Below are positions 56,101 through 64,000 of a stretch of DNA of 64,000 bases, piece after piece. Position numbers and translations under genes: made by a program. Source of the DNA: Trichoplax sp. H2 (taxonomy: Eukaryota); contig NOWV01000003.1 of NCBI GenBank assembly GCA_003344405.1, positions 372,001 to 436,000 on the forward strand, read 5' to 3'. The first letter of the stretch is position 1; each line of letters opens with the position of its first letter. The notes beneath the pieces are model-generated. The model made no database searches, was not told the DNA's origin, and saw only the letters and a list, made by a program, of their open reading frames with translations.

Positions 56101-56813
56101 ATTAAAGACAGGATCTGACAAGCATGGCGCTAGAAAATTGGCTATAGACGGAGTAATTAATCATCATTTGTTTAAGACTGCCAGTCAGCTTAAGTGAGTG
56201 AAATTTTCGTTGCATGAATGGTTATTGATGTATTCACTTATAACGATTATAAAATATAAAACTTCATATTATACTAAAGTCTATCATAAACACGTTTATT
56301 GTATTAACAATTGTTTCCAGGTATTATTATACGATTCTTAGTTAATCTTTAAGGCTAACCTGATAATATCTGCTTTGATTTAGAAGAGTTTGATAAATTT
56401 TTGATCACTGATCATTACTCAGACTTGGTATAATTTTAGATGATGACTTAGGTAACAAATATGCACTGAAAAACGTGATGGTTTATGCAGATGCAGATGA
56501 GGTTATTTCAAGATCTTCATTCACCGCATTAACTAGTTCAGTAGAGGTTTAATTTTGATATTTATGTGAATTAATATGCTTTCTAATACGCGTATATTCA
56601 GAATATCCTTAGTAATATATATTAATAAATCATTATTATAGAAATTGCTTTGTTTGCTCTGGATTTAAGCCTTTATCTTTCAATAGTTATCAAGAATATT
56701 GTAATACTTATTGATTAAAATATCAATATTTTTATCATTGATACCGTAGAAGGGCTAAAATTAATACAATACAATTCGAAAGTTGCAGTAAATGCGATAT
56801 TAATATTAACTAC

Positions 56814-58197
56814 AATTCGGTCCACATTGTATGAGAGACGCAGTTACATTAACAGTAGAATTACTATATACTATGATTTGTAACGTGTGTGACGTACTGC
56901 TTTACACTATACGTGTATGGATCAAATAGTGATATGGCGATAAAAAGATAGATAATATTCAGCGTCATCATAAGTAGCTGATAACATCATTATGTACAGT
57001 ATGATTAATTACTTATTTTATCTGCTTACATACTGTAATACCTTTATTACTCTTTATTGTCAATCAAGTTTAAGCGCAAATTCTCCGGCGATTTGTGAGA
57101 ATTTTAGGGATAAAATGGGCGAGATTTCAATACTAAAACATGTTATTTAAGAATTATTTTCTTCTAGATTATGCTAATATTACAATAAATACTTCAAACA
57201 TTCGCATTATATTACGCCAATATGATAACTGATTGTGTATCAACAAGGAAAATGACTCTGATGACTAAGGCTCAGCGACTACATGAAAGTCCAATTAGCA
57301 GAAGTAGCAGTGACTGAGTAAAAAGTATTAATGTCCATATAGTATTAATCACAGGACTATCGAACTTTCTTTTTCTGTACTTGCGATAGCTTGATATTCA
57401 TGATTAAATTAACGTAATTACGAGCATTGTATCAATTATATATTTTTTACTCGATATCTACCGTTAATAACAGATAGTTACAGAAAGAACTTGAAGCGAT
57501 ATAAGAAAAGAGGAAATCAGATCTGGAAGTTGTTGATATGTTCGAGTACATAGAGTAAGCGTATGACTATGGTACGATATATCTTCAGCTGCCACCATTA
57601 TGTTTTTGTTGCAATGTGATTTGCCTCATACTCTTACACATATATTGCCCTCTCTGTATCGGAAAGTAGACCGCAAAATTAAATTAAATTTCTGCTTACC
57701 GGATAATTGAATACGAATTAAAAAATTATAGCACTTTAATTTCGAAAACTTCGATTATTACGGTATGATAGTCCTACTTCTTCGAGCACTCTCTCGTTTA
57801 CTATTATATTATTATCACTACCTGNNNNNNNNNNNNNNNNNNNNAATTCGGTCCACATTGTATGAGAGACGCAGTTACATTAACAGTAGAATTACTATAT
57901 ACTATGATTTGTAACGTGTGTGACGTACTGCTTTACACTATACGTGTATGGATCAAATAGTGATATGGCGATAAAAAGATAGATAATATTCAGCGTCATC
58001 ATAGGTAGCTGATAACATCATTATGTACAGTATCGGAAAGTAGACCGCAAAATTAAGTTAAATTTCTGCTTACCGGATAATTGAATACGAATTAAAAAAT
58101 TATAGCACTTTAATTTCGAAAACTTCGATTAGTAACGGTATGATAGTCCTACTTCTTCGAGCACTCTCGTTTACTATTATATTATTATCACTACCTG
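56814..58197. other. Duplicated segment across assembly gap at 57825-57844, with a ~657-bp indel between the copies
   Basis: 56814-57002 plus 57660-57824 are repeated contiguously at 57845-58197. Confidence 0.85.
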
Positions 58198-58784
58198 CGT
58201 TTGAGCATTGTGTTGGGGGCATTGATATCTTCATAGTATGCTAGATATCTGAAATCTCTGGAGGTTCTAGAAGTTTGTGGTTAGCTGATTAAGTTGATAT
58301 TGCTAAACTAAATATTACTAGCAATATAAGGAACTGCGTTTCCGGCGGTCTTCTTAATACTCGTATATGTTTATTGTACGCGTAGAATATCGTATACCTG
58401 CATACAGTATATGTAAATGAAGTGACTCGTTGTCTTTGACCAACATACAATACACCTCACATCAAATTACTGTAATGGTTCACCATTTACTCGTCTGCAT
58501 TCTACTGTAGTCTACTGTATGTGATATGTTTGTAGAAGGGAAACCATGATGGATGTCAAAGATAGTTGGAGGATGAAGAATAGGTTTATTCAGAGATTGA
58601 GAACAAGTAGGTAGGAACAGAACAAATCACTCGTATTCATTACATCTACAGTACAGTACAAATTATTTAACCGAAAGGAATTGATAGATGAGCCAGTGTT
58701 ACAGCGTACCTGCTTGTGCTGGGGTATCAATGTCAGTTTCAACCAATCAAAAGCTAATTATCGGCATTCGATCGATTACTGCTT

Positions 58785-59360
58785 ACTACTGTAGTGTACT
58801 GTACTGTACAGTACAACAACCGTATTGAAGGTTCGTACTACTCTCAATCAGCATGGGAGACAAGAGATTGTACGCGTAGTTGAAGTTATTGTAAAACTAA
58901 CTACTAACTCCTAGACCTGACAATTCTCTCTTTATTGCATTGAAAAGCAGCGGCTTATATAAATACGTACGCCGTTCACACTTAAAATGCATTATAAATA
59001 CAAGTTTAATCTAACAAATACAGCGTGGTATAGAATAGCAAGTTGAGAGCGGGTAAGCAATGATTCAAACAACCTTTGTCATACAGTACAGCATGAATGT
59101 CATTACAGTACCGTACTGTACTGTACAGTACTGTATGTTCTCTTGTCCTGCTACACACTAACATATGGACTGACATACAGTACTGTACTGTACAGTACAG
59201 TAGTTTAAAGAGGAATGCTGTACTGTACTGTACACTGTACAGTTTTTCTCTAGAAGTCTTATTAGAAGCCCCTTAGTCCGGTTCTTGATGTACAGTACTG
59301 TACTGTACAGTAGACTTCGATAACGATCATATTTACAGTACTGCTGTACAGTACAGTATA
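58785..59360. repeat. TACAG/CTGTA arrays upstream of KSR
   Basis: Blocks at about 58785-58815 and 59082-59360, about 0.8 kb before the first coding exon. Confidence 0.85.
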
Positions 59361-60159
59361 GTATTTATTAATTAATTATAATTAGTTAAAAAAAATTAAA
59401 ATTAATATACTGCATATAGAATACTATAGAGAAAATCTTAAAATCATATCATCATCCTCCCTTTCTTATGGTTTGTCTGAAACTTGATCATAAATAATAA
59501 CCTTATAATAACCTTACAAGCTGCTGGCAACCTTATATTTACAGTTGGTTCGCAAGCCCTTGATCCCGATTTCTTCTTCGCTTGTAAATATACTAGTGCG
59601 CGTATATCATTTGTAGGTTACAAGTCTATCGGTTATACACCAGATTCACTTAGGAAAATACCTTTGTTATTTATATATTCACTTTGGCACAATAAAATAT
59701 TTATTTATTGTCCATCCGCGAGAACATTGTGGTCTTGTAGTACGCTTTTAAGCAATATACTGTAGCAGACTATTCACAATTTTACTCATCGTCTTTTTTC
59801 ATTCTGCTCAAAGTTGGCTATTGCTTTCTGGGTAACGCTACTGCGATCTGATAATTATTTACGTATATTTTTTTATCCGTTTGCCTCCAGTTAAAGCTTC
59901 GTTTGATAAAGTATCGAAATTGGGGATAAAAAGAAGAATATTTAATCTTTTATAGAAATACTGGTGAAGTTATTTATGTTGTGAACTTAAAGCTTGTACT
60001 GTAGCAACGTTACAAGACAGCAGTTTACAAACAGCTTTGCGGTTGGAGGTTGATCAGGTTATTTATTGCCTAATATAAGCATGCAAATTTTGTTTATACC
60101 TGATAGGAAGGAGATATATTCGTTAATACAGTAATTTGTAGTCCTTTTACATATAATCG

Positions 60160-62863
60160 ATGGTGGTTAGCAGCGTCAATAGCGATAGAATGGATGATAG
60201 GCAGCCAGCAAAGCTCCTGAAAGAGCGGCTAGAGGACCTTGGCGATTTACAAATTCTAATTGATACAACTGTAACTCAATTGATCCGTACTCGTGCACAA
60301 TGTGACGTTACTTTTGATTTCATTCAACAGCAATTGCGTGCCCTTGAGGTAAGATTATTCTAGCATTAGTACATTGATAATTAATAATTGTCATATCTTT
60401 GTTATATTTTATGAACTATGATATTTCATAGTACTACTATGGTAAAGAAAAATCTTTAATCAAAACTATTAATGAATTGTGTGCTTAGGACGAATGATAA
60501 GCGTATGTTACTATAAGCTACGATGAAAAAATGATATCAATAAGGATGTCAATAGTAATTTAATTTAAATTTGGCCCTAATGGGCTCGAAATGTAGCTAC
60601 GTGGCACCATATCGCATGAAAGAACAAATTTTTATAGTTCTAAAATATTATTTTGACACACAAGCGAATTGAAGATATTATAATGGCGACAAAATAGAAA
60701 GGCTAAAAGGGATGCTAACCAGACTGTAGATAATAGTGTATATAGTACTGATAATCAATTTTTATCTTAAGATCTCGATGTAGGCGCCTGCAGCTATACC
60801 AGGCCATATAGCATGGAAGAACGAACTTCCACAATTTCTAAGTTTTATTTTGACGTGATGAGGAAATGAACATACAGTAATACAGCGAATAACTTGAACA
60901 GTAGCCATTAATATTCATCTGCGCTCATGGTTAACTCTTTTGTTGACATTCCTGTACAAATTTATTGTTAACGTTTACTGTGTACACTATTACTGTAAAA
61001 GTTCATAAAAAGCATAACATTAGGTTTCGTTCACGTATAATAATTTAAATTAGCATATTCTATTAAAATAGTAGTTATTAGTTTACTACTTTATGGAGTA
61101 TTAGTTATATTGTAATTTTTAAATCAAAAGTTATCACTTTGTTAACAAATTATCTGGATCACTGCCGCTCCTGCTATGGTATTTGTCACGAATATTTTCA
61201 TGATGTTTATTTTGGACCAACTTCTTTTTGATAGGGTAAAGTTATCAAGTATATTTCGCAACAGCTGTTAGAGATTGCTAATGGCATTCCACCCAATTCT
61301 CCTTCAATCGCTGATAAATTTTATCAGTATCCTAAACTTGATCAATGGCTAGAAGTTGTTGGAATGGAATCCTCAACCGCTAAGGTAATGGTTTGTCCAA
61401 ATAGAGCGTATTAGTTTGTTAATGAATACAGCTAGTTCGATGCGATTGCAACTGTACAATGATTAAACCAATATGTTATACGAATGCGGATTGGCATGAC
61501 TTATGATTTCGAGGTAGGATCGCGTTTATTGCTATGGGGTTAAACTTGAGAGATCGCAATGAATCCAACGGATAGATGAGGCTATATGCAGAATGTACTC
61601 TAGACATGATCGCGTTTCAGTCAGGTGGAGTTGAAAATCGAAGATATATCAGTATTATGATGCTAATGCATATTGCATACATTTAATTTCGATTCTATTA
61701 TAAGCATTTCACAGATACAAGTACTGTATTTACAGTGACCGTAAATCTCTGGTAGTAATTGAAATCCTTATACGCAGTGTACGTACATACGTGTATAGTA
61801 CATCGTAATTTTCATTCGTCATCACATCCTACGCATTTGTTTGTGCAGTAAAGTACACGAATACTGTGCAAGAATATTGTATTGCATACCGCGCTACAAA
61901 GTACACGGTAAGTGCCGCCTGTTTTATATTTATACTAGTCAAACCCTCGCTGATGATTCTTCGCGTACTACACTTACCTTTTCATCGGGCAGGGGTGAAT
62001 TACACGCTCATATCATTTTACGAGTAAAACCCAAAATCTATATGCAAAATCAGTCGATATTTTTTAGGGTAGTTCTGCGAATTAATCCTAAAATAACACT
62101 TTACGGTACTATTAGGTAATAATTCTTTGTTTAGTAAACGTATGATTTACTTACGCCAGTCGTAAATTGCTGTCATTGATGAATAATATTATTAAGTATT
62201 GCAGAGTGAATTGGAATTACTGTATTGTTAATGTACCACCATTTAACAGATTTCAATAACATAGCAGGTTTACGCCTAACACATATATTTTAGCAAGTAA
62301 ACTCGCGATCATCCATGAATATGTTACCATTACGCTCTATTGTGAACTCTGTACGAATTTAAACGTCAACTTAAATAGTTAAAAGTTATAATGATAAGGG
62401 TAGTGTAGTAAATATCAGGAATTGCATAAGACTAAAAGTGAAAAAACTCGAATTCTACTTTCATGTAATATATTACTTTTGTTCGATTACTGCTTATTTC
62501 ATCTTCATACGCCACTTGGTATCATCTTTGGTATTGCTCTACGAATTCTTTGTACAGAAACACTGATATTATTTCTTATTACGTCTGTATAATTACGATG
62601 TAATTGCAATATTTACGCGCTTGGAGAAGTCCTCTGTTGCATAAACTGTAATTGACCTATTCTCTATGATCTTTAAATTATAAAACGGTTGGATCAGATT
62701 CTTGATTTCTCTACTTAGGCTATTTGCGGTTTACAATTACCACTTTCCACAATATTAAATATGCAAGAAGAAGACATGCGACAAATGCTTAATGATGTTC
62801 AATGTAACGAAGGAGATAGTAGTCGCTTCATTGCTGCAATGAAAAATCTTCGTTTATATTTGG
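60160..62863 (+). CDS. KSR: Kinase suppressor of Ras, N-terminal CC-SAM region; exons 60160-60348, 61235-61384, 62719-62863, gene continues beyond window
   Basis: LQILIDTTVTQLIRTRAQCDVTFDFIQQQLRALE/GKVIKYISQQL..YPKLDQWLEVVGM../..LSTILNMQEEDMRQMLNDVQCNEGDSSRFIAAMKNLR aligns by eye with KSR1 CC-SAM (QQLIDLSIGSLRGLRTKC..TQQEIRTLEAKLVRYI..YPRLSDWL). The kinase domain is not in the window. Confidence 0.85.
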
Positions 62864-64000
62864 GTAAGTCAGCAGCTATGTCTGTAGTGGCTTGTGCACT
62901 GTATGGTTGTAACGTTTGAATTAATGATGTTGGTAAACTAGATTGCTATAACGTGTGTGAAAGTTGATTTATTATGAAACTTTAACTTACAATATAGCTG
63001 TAGCGAAGTATATTATGATTGTACAATATAACTGAGTAGATGACGTAACGCATGTAATATGACTATAGCACTGTTCTGCTATTGTAGTGATAGTCCCTTA
63101 TTCGATGTGCAAAGCAATTACCTTGTCAGTAATTTATTTTCTATCATGTATCCGCTATCAATTTTTTACTATTTATTTGTGATTTACAGAAAAAGTAAAT
63201 GCATAAGTATTCAGCCAAGTAGTAGTCTAACTATTATCGTACATATAATACTATATACTTTGGTTTTTATCACTCGGATACTACATTACAGGGCAAGGCG
63301 TTTTGGCTTATCTTTATAAATTAAACACAATTAGCATAAAATAAATAATAGAGCGTATGCATTTTGTAAGGTAGTAAACTCACGTTTACTTTTAATTTAA
63401 TATCCATGTAAATGTACTGTACGTGTGTATACAAAATACGATGTATATCAATTCATGCCAGATTTACGAACAGCACTAAATGATCAAAATTCCTACTGTT
63501 GGTCATTAATTGCTATTATCGCATTATGTGAAGTCTTTAAATTATGGAATTCTCTGTTAAGTGCGTTGATGTGTGATTGTAAATGACCTGCAATGACGAG
63601 AGTATGTATGTAGTACTATTTTAAGTTGATACTATGTCAAAGCCTTTATATTAACTCAGGTAATTAATTACACCACAGTGATATTATCTATAGAGCTCAG
63701 CATTAATGAGAAATATGATATAATGGGTGCATGCTGGTATTATAATTACATTTGCTAAGGTACGCGTACTATACTGATTTCATTTACCTTTCTTGAGGCG
63801 ATATTTCGAAAACATTGACAAAAAATATCGATGATATTTTATATCTATCTCAGTCCAATCAATAAATTATACGACTTATATCTTGTTAATAAGGTAGTGT
63901 ATCATTTATATTTCTTATATTTTATTGTATTCTCCAATAAATACTTCATATTTCGCAATTCGGAGCTCCCAGGTTACACATTAACGAGATTGCTACAATG

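Noticed and set aside
56440..56500. C/D snoRNA-like boxes (ATGATGA...CTGA...GTGATGG)
   Set aside because: No canonical terminal D box, no terminal stem and no recognisable rRNA antisense element.
59022..59070. tRNA/Pol III A- and B-box-like sequence
   Set aside because: Poor box matches and no cloverleaf.

Overview
AT-rich eukaryotic genomic DNA with compact GT-AG introns and two 20-N assembly gaps. Gene content and compactness suggest an early-branching animal, probably a placozoan (Trichoplax-like); this is inference only. I reconstructed nine spliced genes by hand: MRM3 (-, partial), NUDT9 (-), DPH1 (+), a giant smoothelin-like CH-domain protein (-), LRRC43 (-), RPL23A (+), a SKA2-like Ska subunit (+), a two-finger GATA factor (+) and KSR (+, partial). 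Main highlights: (1) mixed-orientation TACAG/CTGTA arrays sit at housekeeping and bidirectional promoters but not upstream of GATA or the smoothelin-like gene; (2) the smoothelin-like protein carries MLCK-type DFRxxL and WH2-like motifs, with a CArG box near a putative first exon; (3) a small family of CA[T/A/G]GGACTAC-TIR miniature elements has apparent 7-bp TSDs; (4) an X-box-like palindrome lies next to the LRRC43 start codon; (5) both gaps are flanked by two divergent copies of the same locus, which expose probable structural polymorphisms. Exon coordinates were counted by eye and may be off by a few bases.
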